From positions 10,540,001 to 10,604,000 of the forward strand of contig NC_043021.1 in the NCBI RefSeq assembly GCF_006345805.1: a stretch of 64,000 nt of DNA, written 5' to 3'. The notes beneath the pieces were generated by a model. The model had not been told where the DNA came from and searched no databases. It worked only from the letters and a program-made list of their open reading frames with translations. The position numbers were made by a program, and so were the translations under genes. Positions 1 through 11,404 of the stretch are shown here, in pieces (positions within the stretch are counted from its first letter, which is position 1; each line of letters starts with the position of its first letter). The stretch comes from Octopus sinensis (Eukaryota).

Positions 1-690
1 TGATCCATTGCTAAACTTACTATGATGAAGGTTGAAACGCAGATATTAAATGACGATGATGATGATGCCGCTGCTTTCCCTGAAATACTGAATCATTAAT
101 TAATTAAGCTGAACATCAATTACATCAATTGCACCAGTTTCGAAGTCTGATCTGTGAGGTTCTTGGGTATTGCTTCCTTTTCTGATCTCACTTACTACAA
201 GTGCAGAGAAAGAGAGGGGGGAGGGAGAGAAAAGGAAGATTTATGAATGAGTAAGTAGGAGAATGGGAAGAAGAGACAGATGGGGGTGGTGGTGTTTCAG
301 TGTTGAGAGACGAAGAAGGAAGGAAAATGCATGAATGTATACTTGCACGTGTATATCAGCTGTTTTGAAGATATACACACAGTTCTTATAAACAATTTTC
401 TGTTACCTTGGCAGTGTCTTGTTTTTCTCTTGGCTTTATCATTTCTATCTTTTTTCTGCTTTTTTTTCTTCTTTGGTTTATAAACATATCCTTTTGTTTC
501 AATTTTGTAATCTTTCTTTCAGTTATTGCTGTTGTGTGGGAGTTGACTGCACTGAGATGAACTCTGTCTGTTAGCTCCACTATAAACCAGCAACGATCAC
601 AATAGATTGGGTTTTTTTCTTTAAATATTTATTCGCCTGAGGAGCAGGGTTATTCTCCACAGACCCTTTGTAAAAAAAATTTTTAACCTT

Positions 691-1064
691 AGATTGCGTA
701 CCAACCACATGGTTCTGGATTCATTCCCACTGCATGGCATCTTGGGCAAGTGTCTTCTACTGTAGCCTCGGGCTGACTAAAGCCTTGTGGGTGGATTTGG
801 TAGACAGAAACTGAAAGGAGCCTGTCGTATATATGTATACATATGTATGTGTGTGTATATGTTTGTGTGTCTGTGTTTGTCTCCCAAACATCGCTTGACA
901 GCCGATGCTGGTGTGCTTACGTCCCCGTAACTTAGCGGTTTGGTTAAAGAGACCAATAGAATAAGTACTAGGCTTACAAAGAATAAGTCCTGGGGTTGAT
1001 TTGCTTGACTAAAGGCGGTGCTCCAGCATGGCCGCAGTCAAATGACTGAAACAAGTAAAAAAGT
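691..1064 (+). mobile_element. tRNA-derived SINE, family A (octopus OK/OR-like), degenerate head
   Basis: ccaaccacatggttc...ggcaagtgtcttctac...gaaactgaaag, central (TA/TG) tract, 3' part ending ccagcatggccgcagtcaaatgactgaaacaagtaaaa. More than 20 copies of this family in the window. Confidence 0.85.
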
Positions 1065-1146
1065 AACCCTTTGACTGTGTAATTAAATTTCAAGGTCACT
1101 CTCTTAATGATGATAATTATCCACTTAAAAAATATTTTCTGCCATA

Positions 1147-1545
1147 GGCATGGCTGTGTGTTAAGAAGCTTGCTTTCCAACCACATGGTTCTGGGTTCAG
1201 TCCCATTGTGTGCCAACTTATGCAAGTGTCTTTTACCATAGCCTCGAGCTGCCCAAAGCCTTGTGAATGGATTTGGTAGATGGAAACTGAAAAAAACCTG
1301 TCATTTATGTGTGTGTGTGTGTGTATGTGAATTTCTCTCTGTTTGTCCTCTACCACTACTTGACAACCAGTGTTGGTATGTTTACATTCTTGTGACTTAG
1401 CAGTTCGGCAAAAAAGACCAATAGAATAAGTACCAGGCTTTAAAAAAAAAAACTTAAGTCCTGGGGTTGATTTGTTCAACTAAATCCCTTGAAGGCAGTG
1501 CCCTAGCATGTCCACAGTGAAATGACTGAAGCAAGTAAGAGATAA
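1147..1545 (+). mobile_element. SINE family A
   Basis: A-box-like TGGCTGTGTG, B-box-like GGTTCAGTCCC, same body and tail as 691-1064. Confidence 0.88.
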
Positions 1546-2477
1546 AATACTCTTTCAGTATCTCCTGTGGGTATGGTTTCCATAGCCACCCCTAAAAGTA
1601 TTTGATTCTTGCTCTGTAAAGGGATATTTGATGAAGTATGTGAAAAAATTAAGGTAATCCAACAGACTGTCCCTGGAGGTGTTTCTTTTCTGCCTCTCGA
1701 AGCATAATTTTTTTTTTTCTTTTATATATTTCGGTCATTAGATTGTGGCCATGCAGGGGCTCTTCCTTGAAAAATTGACCCCAAAACTTATTGTTTATTT
1801 TTTAAAGCCTGGTACTTACTGTTGGTCTTTTTTTTTTTTTTGCTGAATTACCATATGGAGTTATCTCCCTTCACACAAAAGATTTTTTTTTTTATATATA
1901 TACTGGTTACAGCCGTACGTTGAGGCCATGCCTGTGACACTGTCTTTGAAAAGTATACATCGTCTCAATTAAAGATTATTTCTACATATGTATGAAAAGA
2001 TATTGCTAATTTAATTTTTCACACCAATTCGTATGCCTTCTGTGCTAAAATCTTTACATACCAAATAGATTTCACCTAGAATCAACAGTACCAAGGCCAC
2101 TAATGCTATTACATTCCCTACTCCTTGAGCAGGAAGGACACCTTGGATAACGTCGTAAATGTCTGAAAATGAGATGAGATTGTCATGGCTAGATTGTCAG
2201 TGATCTTAGTTCAGCTCAGTTTGGGAAGTCCTGGGGCTAAACAACACTACCACCACCTAAGTGTTGGGTGCCTTTTGCAGGGTTTTACACCGTAGCAAGT
2301 ATTTGGCCCCCACTAACACTCACCTTCTACTTGTTCCCTCCCTACCTGTATTCAGACTGGGCACCAATCCATGTGGATCTCAACACTCTGGAAGACATTA
2401 GTCTACACCTGTTCATGTTGGAACTCAGTCACGTCAGTCTCAGACCAATCTGGAACTGGGACCTGCAAAGGAACATG

Positions 2478-2787
2478 TAATAATAATGAAATTATTGTAT
2501 ACAGTGCTCAGGTGCACCACAACTTGTCAAAAGTGCGTGTAAAGCATATGCAGTAATGTACAAATGTCTGGGAAGTGAACAGTGTATGAGTCAGATACAT
2601 GCTTGCATGTGTATGGAGGGGAGAAAATCAGGTGTAGTGCTGGCGAATCTCAGGAAGCATAGAAGTTTTGAAAGATGCAGTGCTCCAACAACTAACAACT
2701 GATGCCGGCAGTTTGTTCCATACTTCAGCAACTCTTAGCGTGAAAAAATGTTTCCGAAAGTCATGGGAGCTGTGCTCTTTTCTGACT
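2478..2787 (-). mobile_element. CR1/L2-clade LINE 3' fragment (ORF2 C-terminus, 3' UTR, (ATT)n tail)
   Basis: Minus strand translates VRKEHSSHDFRKHFFTLRVAEVWNKLPASVVSCWSTASFKTSMLPEIRQHYT*; RKHFF..RV...WN.LP is typical of the CR1 ORF2 terminus. Confidence 0.8.
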
Positions 2788-2829
2788 TGGTGTGATGCCC
2801 TTCCTTTTTATTTATTTATTTTTTTTTAA

Positions 2830-3050
2830 CTAAGACTGGTTTCAAAATCTGGCACAAAGCCAGCAATTTTAGGGGAAGAGGTAAGTCGATTACACTGACC
2901 CCAGTGTTTCGCTCAATTGGTACATATTTTATCAGCCTCGAAAGGATGAAAGGCAAAGTTGACCTTGGCAGAATTCATACTCAGAACATAAATCCAGATG
3001 CAATGCTGTTAAACATTGTATCTGGAATGCTAATTATTCTGTCAGTTTAC
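2830..3050 (-). mobile_element. SINE family B, degenerate
   Basis: Reverse complement of the gcctttcatcctt..ggtcgat..aagtacc..ctggggtcgat core. Confidence 0.7.
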
Positions 3051-3484
3051 CGTTTTTTTCTTAACTGAAATGAAAGCTCCACTAATTCCTCCTATACTGG
3101 ATTCTCCTTCCTTTCATGTTTTTATGGTGCAGCATTGGAAATTTTGCAAGTTTTACCTTCAGTAGTCTGTTCTGTAACAGTGCAATTCTAAAAAAAAAAC
3201 CCTCGGGAGTTTTATCTGCAGCATTCTGCTGTACAGCAAGTGGAACTCCTGGAATTTTTACATACGATATGTTGCTGTGTAGTAGAACTTCATTCAGAAA
3301 GCTTTACCTACAATCATTTTCTGTGGAACACCTGGATTTTTTTTTTTTACTGTGTAACACAGTGGGACTTTAGCATGGTTTCACAAGAGCTCCTGATAGT
3401 TTTACCTTTCAGTTTTTTTTTATGTATCAGAAGAACAGCTGAGCCTTTATGTATAGCTGTAAAGCTTGTGTGTGTATGTATATA

Positions 3485-3999
3485 CCGCAAATCCCCGAGT
3501 ATAATCTGCATTTTTTCCCCAAAATTTAAAGGTCAAAATCCCTAGTGTGTACAATATACAAGGTTAAAAATGAAAAATATTTTCTAAGCAATGTCCGAGT
3601 CTCTATTTGCTGTCTGGCAATATTTATTCAGACGCATTTTGTGATGTCGGGCGCGAAAATACCTTAAGCTAAGTCTGAAAGCAATGAAGTCATAAAAGAA
3701 TCATCCATAACTTGCAATAAGCAACATTTATTAAACGTTATTACTGTTATTTCTTTATTTTCTGCAAACAAAGTGCACAAAAAAGCTACACGTTTGCATT
3801 ATGTTATATATACAATAATAATAATAAAGGACGTGACCGTATACAGTTTTACAAACCAAGGACGTTATATAGACTTCCTTGACTCAAGTGAAAGAAGGGG
3901 TGCGTATTATACACAAGGTTTAGGTTTTTCAGAAGTACAGCCCCCTAAAAATCCCCTGTGTATTATACTCAAGGGCAGACTATACTCGAGGATTTACGC
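3485..3999. mobile_element. pogo/Tigger-like (Tc1/mariner superfamily) MITE, copy 1
   Basis: TA|CCGCAAATCCCCGAGTATA ... TATACTCGAGGATTTACGC|TA terminal inverted repeats with TA target duplication; homologous to 8223-8745. Confidence 0.8.
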
Positions 4000-4460
4000 T
4001 ACACACATATATATATATTCAATTATGAATTAAAAGCAGTGCAAGTGTTGTAAACATTATCAGCTGCACATACTCAATGTATGTGTTTTGTTTGTTTGCT
4101 GGTTCACTGCATATGGTGCTTGGAAGGCAACTCCTTCATAACAGTGAGTGTTAAAACACTCAGGAATTATAAGTGTTTTAACACCCAGCATTATGCGGGA
4201 GTCGTCTCCCAAGTGTTATATCGCAACAAACTGGTGAACAAATGACGCACATACATTGAATATGAGTGGTCAATAATAAATAGATAAATATATATATATA
4301 TACCGGAGTAAACACATAAATGTGAAACAAGGTGGAAAAAAGAGTACTCAAATACAAGTGGTAGAGTAATATGCTTTATTTAAAACAGCTGAAAATTCAA
4401 CAAAACCTGTTACTCTGAGTTTCCCGTTGCTGCTCATTGGACAGTTTTTGCTATATTATA

Positions 4461-4627
4461 GCAAAAACTGTCCGATGAATGGCAACGGGAAACTCAGAAT
4501 ATAGCAAAAACTGTCCGATGAACGGCAACGGGAAACTCAGAATATAGCAAAAACTGTCCGATGAACGGCAACGGGAAACTCAGAATATAGCAAAAACTGT
4601 CCGATGAACGGCAACGGGAAACTCAGA
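4461..4627 (+). repeat. 43-bp tandem repeat, about 4 copies
   Basis: gcaaaaactgtccgatgaacggcaacgggaaactcagaatata starting at 4461, 4504, 4547 and 4590. Confidence 0.97.
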
Positions 4628-4641
4628 GTAACAGGTTTTGT
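4590..4641 (+). ncRNA. Minimal type I hammerhead ribozyme-like motif (core variant U4C)
   Basis: Stem I GCAAAAACUGU/ACAGGUUUUGU (one A.G mismatch), core CCGAUGA, stem II ACG-GCAA-CGG, GAAA, palindromic stem III ACUC-A-GAGU, cleavage triplet GUA (after 4630). Confidence 0.6.
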
Positions 4642-6388
4642 TGAATTTTCTGCTGCTTTAAATAAAGTATATATATATATATATATATATTGTCATAATG
4701 AAAAAAACAATGATAATTTTTGTGTATATGAATGTGGGTGTGTATGTATGTTGCTGTACATGATTTACTTTTTGGTGTATATATGATTTGCTTATTGTGC
4801 GAGTATGCAAATAATTGTGCATTTTGTGTGTGATTTTGCTCTGTGTTTGTGCATATGTGCATGATTTTGTTTGGTGTGTAAGTGTGTGTGTGTATATGGT
4901 TGGGTTTGTGTGTGAAATATATAAATCTAACCATTTTTTCTGAAGAATTGTTGCTAAAGTGAAAGTCTTTTAATATTTATTGGTAGGAAGATGCTAAAGT
5001 CGCTGTAAGTATCAAAGCATGTTTTTCTTTTCTGTATACATATGTGTATATATATATATTTATATAGACTTGTTTCTCATTTTTTACCATTGCCTTCTCT
5101 CCCTTCCCTCCGCAACTTCCCTTCAACCGTAGATTGCTAGCCTCAGTTCTTTTACTATCACCGCCATGTACCATTTCCTTTTTTTTAGTCTCTCTCCAGC
5201 TTGATGTATTTTTATCTGTATATTTAGTTTTTATTGTTGTCTTGTTGGCACCATCAATACAGCATCAGACTAAATGCCTTGTGGCATTTAGTTACACCCC
5301 TTCAGATTCCAAATTCAAATCTTGTCCAGAATTGTTTTGCCTTTGATCTCTCCGGGGGTGGAAGTTAGATAACATAATTATCAGTAGTATACTGGGGTCA
5401 GTTTTTAAGCAATCCTGCCCCAAATATGCTGCCTTGTGACTAAATTAGAAAAAAAAAAAAAGTATTTTGCAAGCTTTTAGTATTTTTTAAATTTTGTTTA
5501 TTTTAGTGATTTTATTATTTTTGTACTTCTGTATATTTTGTTTTTACTCTTCACGTTGTGTCTCACAAATAGTTTCACTAAAAGAAATTTTTTTTTTTGT
5601 TTTCTGTTTTGGTTTTGTCACATGGTCTTGCTTTACCTTCTTTGTAGTTTCCTGTTTTTGGCTGTTATTTCTTTGTTCATCTGTTCTGTAACACGCACTG
5701 ACCGACCTCCCCTCAGACATGCTTTCACTACAACTGCTTCTATTATCACTATAATAATTAACTATTACAGTGATAATTAGTTTTAGTATTGTGTTGTTGT
5801 TACTGTTGTTGTATCCACTCATCTAAAAATCATGTTTTTTTGTTGATTTTTCTCTTCAATTTTTTTTTTTTCTCCATTGTTACAATTGCTTTATTAGTAA
5901 TTCTAACAAATTGAAAATTTAAAGATCCTAGCAGACATTTTGTGACCCACTTTCAAATTTTGTATGTTGTTTGTATCCCAACCTTTTTAAAAGTAATGCA
6001 TGATTATTAAAGTAAATTTCCAGTTCTTTTGTCTTGGAGTGAAAACAAATAACCTGTCTAAAAATCCAAGAAAGAAGGAATTATAGCCATTAAGTTTTGA
6101 TTTGGTGTTTCCTGTCTCCAGGCCCGAATCAATGGAATAAATGCCACTTATCTCTTGGAATCATTTTAACCTTTTAGAATTTAGATTACTCTTTCATGTG
6201 TAATGTTTATTTATTCACATTTTAAAAAATTAGTCATGTGTTATCTCATAGTTTTGAGATTTCGATGATGTGGTTATTTATTTTTAGAATGAACATTGTA
6301 GGGTAGGTGTGCAAGGTCAGATCTGACAAATTTGAACATAATACACATAATACATGTAGGATGTTTGGGTCAGATACAGCAGGTTTGA

Positions 6389-6608
6389 CCCTTTTGTTAC
6401 CAACCCAGCTGAAACTGCCTCTGGCTCTGTAGTACAAATGTCTTGTTTTCATAAGTTTTGAATTAAAACCTTCCACCAAACCTTAATCACAACTTATGTT
6501 CCTAACACTAGCTTGATGGTAACTAAGTTATTTTACTAGATTCTTTGTTATATTTAAAATTAATTGAAAGAAACACAGCATCTCAAAATAAATACAGTAA
6601 CAAAAGGG
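6389..6608. mobile_element. piggyBac-type MITE, copy 1
   Basis: TTGA|CCCTTTTGTTAC ... TAACAAAAGGG|TTAA; homologous to 22401-22619. Confidence 0.75.
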
Positions 6609-6739
6609 TTAAATGCTAAAGGGTTCGTTAGCTATGTCTGGTAACATAAAAAATTGGCTTCATTTATAGAAATAAAGGAAATATCATTATGAACAGCAAT
6701 GATGTGTGCATTTGTCCCTCTATTGGAAATCATTGGTAT

Positions 6740-6895
6740 CAGGGGCAGACTGAGCCATCGGTCAATCAGGCACTGCCTGAGGGCCTGCATCTCTGAGGGG
6801 CCCGCACTCTATATGTTAACTCCACTGATATTAATGCTAAGGGACCCAGTAGACAGTTATGCCCAAGGGCTCTTAATACGCTCAGTCCAACCCTG
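6740..6895. mobile_element. hAT-like MITE
   Basis: TIR CAGGGGCAGACTGAGC / GCTCAGTCCAACCCTG (13/16); flanking 8-mers attggtat / atggatat (6/8) fit a decayed 8-bp TSD. Confidence 0.6.
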
Positions 6896-7215
6896 ATGGA
6901 TATTATAAATATTGGTCTTGTTCCAATGTCAGTTTTCCAACCCTATGTATAAATGTATATTGCTGCATTATACATGCCATTATTCTTCATGTGTAGCCTT
7001 GGCATTTGTAGCATATAAGCATCATGTAGACAGTGAGATATTTTGTGTAACACTGGTAATGTGTATGTAATGATACAAGATCGATGTCTATCTTGTAAAA
7101 ATATGTAGATACACACACATGCATACAAGTATTCATTCATATGGACAGATGTGTATGTATATGTGTGTGTGAGAGTGTGTGTGTGTGTGTATATATGTTT
7201 ATATATATATATATA

Positions 7216-7515
7216 TCACTTTGACCGACCAGGCTATCAGGTGTTGCTACACATCGCTGGTCACAATGCGCTTTGCATTGTTTTAGCCTTCAAATGATGC
7301 CACCCCTCTGGCTAAGCGAGCAGGCCAATAGAAGAAAGAGTGAAAGAAAGTTGTGGCGAAAGAGTACAACAGGGATTGTCACCATCCCCTGCCGGAGCTT
7401 TGTGGAGCTTTAGGTGTTTTCGCTCAGTAAACACTCACAATGCCCGGTCTGGGAATCGAAACCCGATCCTACAACCGCGAGTCCGCTGCCTTAACCACTG
7501 GGCCATTGCGCCTCC
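7216..7515 (-). mobile_element. tRNA-derived SINE family C
   Basis: Reverse complement of ggaggcgcaatggcccagtggttaaggcagcggactcgcgg...; nearly collinear with 49356-49641. Confidence 0.88.
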
Positions 7516-7529
7516 ACATATATAGTATT

Positions 7530-7700
7530 GCTGTGGGTGCCATGTAAAAAGCACTGATGGTGATGGTGCTACATAAAAAGCACCCTGTACACCCTGTGGA
7601 GTGGTTAGTGTTAAGGAGGGCATTCGCCAAAACAGACTACGGAACCTGATGTGGTCCCTGGTTTTGCCAGTTCCTGTCAAGCCGTACAACCCATACCAGC
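7530..7700 (+). mobile_element. RTE 3'-end fragment with two hairpin units
   Basis: GTGCCATGTAAAAAGCAC-TGATGGTGATG-GTGCTACATAAAAAGCACC followed by a degenerate ggagtggtt..ggagggcatt..aacccat terminus. Confidence 0.7.
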
Positions 7701-8222
7701 TAAGTGGACTGGAGCAACGTGAAATGTAGTGTTTTGCTCAAGAACACAACACGTTGCCTGGTCCAGGAATCGAAACCGCAACCTTACAATCATGGGTCCA
7801 ACATGCTAGCCACTAAGCCCTACATAGATATATATGGTAGATGGTGAACAATAACTGTCCAGCCACATATTGATGAAGTGACAAAGATTGTAAAGGGAAA
7901 AAGTAAGTGACACATGGTGCTAAATGTTAAGATCTATCTTTGAGAGGTACCCAGCTAGAGAGAAGAGGAAAACCAGTGGGTAATGACATGTGACCATTAT
8001 AAAGCTATGGATGCATGGCTCAGTGGTTAAGTGGGCGGGGGTTGGGGGTGGGGTTGGAATAAAATAGCAGCACAGGTGTCAGTAAAATATATAATAGAAA
8101 TACTAGTGTTAAAAGGGAATTGAGCAGAAACAGTACTAGGGTCATTGAAATTTAGTAGTTGTTCTGGATTTTGTTTAATAAAGTCAACAAAGTACAAATT
8201 GCAGAGTAACTTAAAATAAGTG

Positions 8223-8745
8223 CCATAAATCCTCGAGTATAATCCGCACTTTTTCCCCAAAATTTAAAGGTCAAAATCCCTAGTGCGTACTATATACGAG
8301 GTTAAAAATGAAAAAATATTTTCTAAGCAATGTCTGAGTCTCTATTTGCTGTCCGGCAATGTTTATTCAGACGCATTTTGTGATGTCGGGCGCAAAAATA
8401 CCTTAAGCTAAGCCTGAAAGCAATGAAGTCATAAAAGAATCATGTATAACTCGCAGTAAGCAACATTTATTAAAATAAAAGTATTCAGAACTCAGAATAA
8501 CATGTAACAAAAACAATTTGCAAACATATTTACATTCCCATATAACAGTTAAGAACATCACCATTATTGTACTACGCATGCGTGGAAGTGTTTGTTCGAC
8601 TAAATGCTGCTTGCTTAATTACGCACGACTCAAGTTAGAGAAGGGGTGCATATTATACACAAGGTTTAGGTTTTTTAGAGGTACAGCCCCCTAAAAATCC
8701 CCTGTGTATTATACTCAAGGGCAGACTATACTCAAAGATTTACTG
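8223..8745. mobile_element. pogo/Tigger-like MITE, copy 2
   Basis: CCATAAATCCTCGAGTATA ... TATACTCAAAGATTTACTG|TA; shares both ends with 3485-3999 but differs in the middle. Confidence 0.8.
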
Positions 8746-9309
8746 TACTAGTTGTGGGTAACTAAAATAAAATACTAAAATGAAGCATTTTTCTTGCAGT
8801 CATTAAAAATATAGTACCAATACTGAGCTTGGTTTTTCTAAGATGTGTTGTCGTGTGTCTCTGTTCTAAAATTCTTTTTTTTTTTTCGCTGCTTTTGCTG
8901 ATTCTCATGACACTCTGTCACCATCCACTTCCATTATTATGAATATGAATTGGGAATTAAGTCATTAATCTTTCATTAGCTGATTACAAAACTGTGGTTG
9001 CCACCTCTATGAATGTGTTACAGTTATTCCCTTGATACAGCTTGGTGATCTTGACCATTGATCTTCGAGGATTCCTCCTCTCAGCATCAATGTAAGAAGC
9101 ACCATTGGCTCAGTTGAGTTCTTTTGCTACTTTTCACAGTCTGCCATGCTACAGTCTCAGGAATTAGCTATTTCCCTGGCAGGGTAGTTGAACGGGTGCT
9201 ATGCCTTGCCAAGGGCGACCTGTAACTATGCAGGGCACAATCGTCACTCTGTGGGGGGAATTTTCAAATACCCACATACCCATGTTATTAATATTTGCTA
9301 AATGGACGG

Positions 9310-9726
9310 TGGACTGACAGAGATAGTTGGGTGGTGGTTAAGTGGGGTGACAGGGAGTGGAGGGTAAGATAGTTGACTGGTGGTTAGAATGAGCTGAGTG
9401 ACAGATTGTTGAATGGTGGTTAAGGGGAGTGGAGTGGCAAATGAATGAGTAGTGGTTAATGTGAGTGGAGTGGCAGAGATGGTTGAGTGATGGTTAGAAT
9501 GAGTGGAGTGGAAGAGATGGTTGAGGTGAGAGGTGTGACAGATTGTTGAGTGGTGGTTAAAGTGAGTGGAGCAACAGAGATAATTGAGTGATGGTTAGGA
9601 TGAGTGGAGTGGCAGTTAAGGTGAGTGGAGTGGCATAGATAGTTGAGTGGTGGCTAAGATGAGTGGAGGGGCAGGATTGGTTAAATGATAGTTGAAGTGA
9701 GTGGAGTGGCAGAAATGACTGAGTAG
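9310..9726 (+). repeat. Degenerate ~38-bp G-rich minisatellite
   Basis: About 10 imperfect units of ggtggttaagatgagtggagtggcagagatggttgagt. Confidence 0.75.
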
Positions 9727-10140
9727 GCAGTGAGCTGGCAGAAACATTTGCACGTCGGGCGAAATGCTTAGCGGTATTTTGTCTGCCGCTACGTTCTGAA
9801 TTCAGATTCTGCCAAGGTCGATTTTGCCTTTCATCCTTTCGGGGTCGATTAAATAAGTACCAGTTAAGCACTGGGGTCGATATAATCGACTTAATACCTA
9901 TGTCTGTCCATGTTTGTCTCCTCTATGTTTAGCCCCTTGTGGGTAATAAAGAAATAGGTATTTTGTCTGCCGCTATGTTCTGAATTCAAATTCTGCTGAG
10001 GTCGACTTTGCCTTTCATCCTTTCGGGGTCGATTAAATAAGTACCAGTTATGCACTGGGGTCAATATAATCAACTTAATCCATTTGTCTGTCCTTGTTTG
10101 TCCCCTCTTTGTGTAGCCTCTAGTGGGCAGTAAAGAAATA
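9727..10140 (+). mobile_element. SINE family B, head-to-tail dimer with a 16-bp TSD
   Basis: Full unit followed by a 5'-truncated second unit; AGAAATGACTGAGTAG at 9711-9726 and 10141-10156. Confidence 0.88.
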
Positions 10141-10811
10141 AGAAATGACTGAGTAGAGATTAAGTGGCATGGTAGAGATGGTAGTGCGCTAGAGTAAATG
10201 TCTTACTATTTACTTCCATATCTTTACAGTCTAAGTTCAAATGCTGCTGGAGTCTAAATTTGTCTTTCATTTCTGGACTTAATGCTGAAAGTTATTATTA
10301 ACCAGACTACGTCTCTGATCTGAAATTTGTCGTCTTGTATTAATATTTAATTATTCATGCTGATGTTGCCAATTTTAATTGTCTTAATGGTATTGCTGTT
10401 GTTGTTGCTGTTGTTGCTGCTGAATATTTATCTGTCTCTCTTATTAATATTCAGTTGGTTACATCATTAGCCTTGGAGACTATTCATCTTATTAAATTGC
10501 TGATATTTAGCAATTTCACTACTGTTGTGTTTATAGCAATGTATGTATTATAAATATTGGCACTACTAGTACTGCTACTACTACTGGCTAGCTGGCAGAA
10601 TCGTTAGCACACTGGCTGAAATGCTTAGCAGTATTTCACCTGTCGCTAGGTTCTAGGTTCAAATTCCGCCGAAATTGACTTTGCCTTTCATCCTTTCAGG
10701 GTCGTTAAATTAAATATCAGTGAAACACTAGGGTCATTGTAATAGACTAGTCCCCTCCCCCCAAATTTTAGGCCTTGAGCCTATAGTAGAAAGGATTATT
10801 CTTCTTATTAT

Positions 10812-11371
10812 TATTATTGAGTGAGAGCAGTGCATGCTATAAAAGTGACACTGGGGTACAAATACATGAAGCCCAATATACCCATCATGGCTACCTGTCT
10901 AATACGGGTACACCAGGTATGTGCATCGCAACCATATATGCATAACGTAGTGATTTCATATCAAGATAAACAACACGCGACCTTGCAGGTAGGGCACAGT
11001 TAGAATTTTCTTCAGGTCGAGTGGCCCATCCCACTCAAAAGGTCCTTGAATAAGGGTTGTTTGAAGATGATGAATGAAACACCCGTGTTTCTGGAGGTGA
11101 ATTCTTCAAACCTCAAAGAATTTCTCTCAATACATGGCTATGATGCTCTCCCACTAGTTCTGCTCGTGATCAGAGATGCACATATCGTCAGCCACTAAGG
11201 GACATGCGCAACTGGTTACGGTCAAACAACTGACAAGCAAATCTGTGGTATTGAGCAGAATATTTGCTGTAGCCCATCTTTTATACCAAGACAAAACAAT
11301 GTACATGATAACACTTCCAATCAGTTAAGATCAGAAGCCATGAGAGCCACTGCCTGGTACTTCATCAGGGC

Positions 11372-11390
<19 letters not shown>
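10812..11390 (-). mobile_element. Interspersed repeat, probable non-LTR retroposon 3' region with (AAT)n ends
   Basis: Complex-sequence block bounded by (ATT)n tracts; recalled as a recurrent octopus repeat; no coding motif identified. Confidence 0.35.

Positions 11391-11404
<14 letters not shown>

Larger units (their letters stand above)
4303..4671. mobile_element. Penelope-like element terminal-repeat remnant with a foldback and a hammerhead motif
   Basis: Head-to-head palindrome 4370-4455 / 4457-4671 containing CCGATGA...GAAAC...GTA. Penelope assignment is inferred from the minimal hammerhead plus inverted-repeat arrangement. Confidence 0.55.

Noticed and set aside
1622-1653. Possible upstream ACAP exon (aag|GG ATA TTT GAT GAA GTA TGT GAA AAA ATT AAG|gtaatc)
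   Set aside because: Too short and not similar to the expected AALEEVEGDVAELELKLDK segment; extending it meets a stop.
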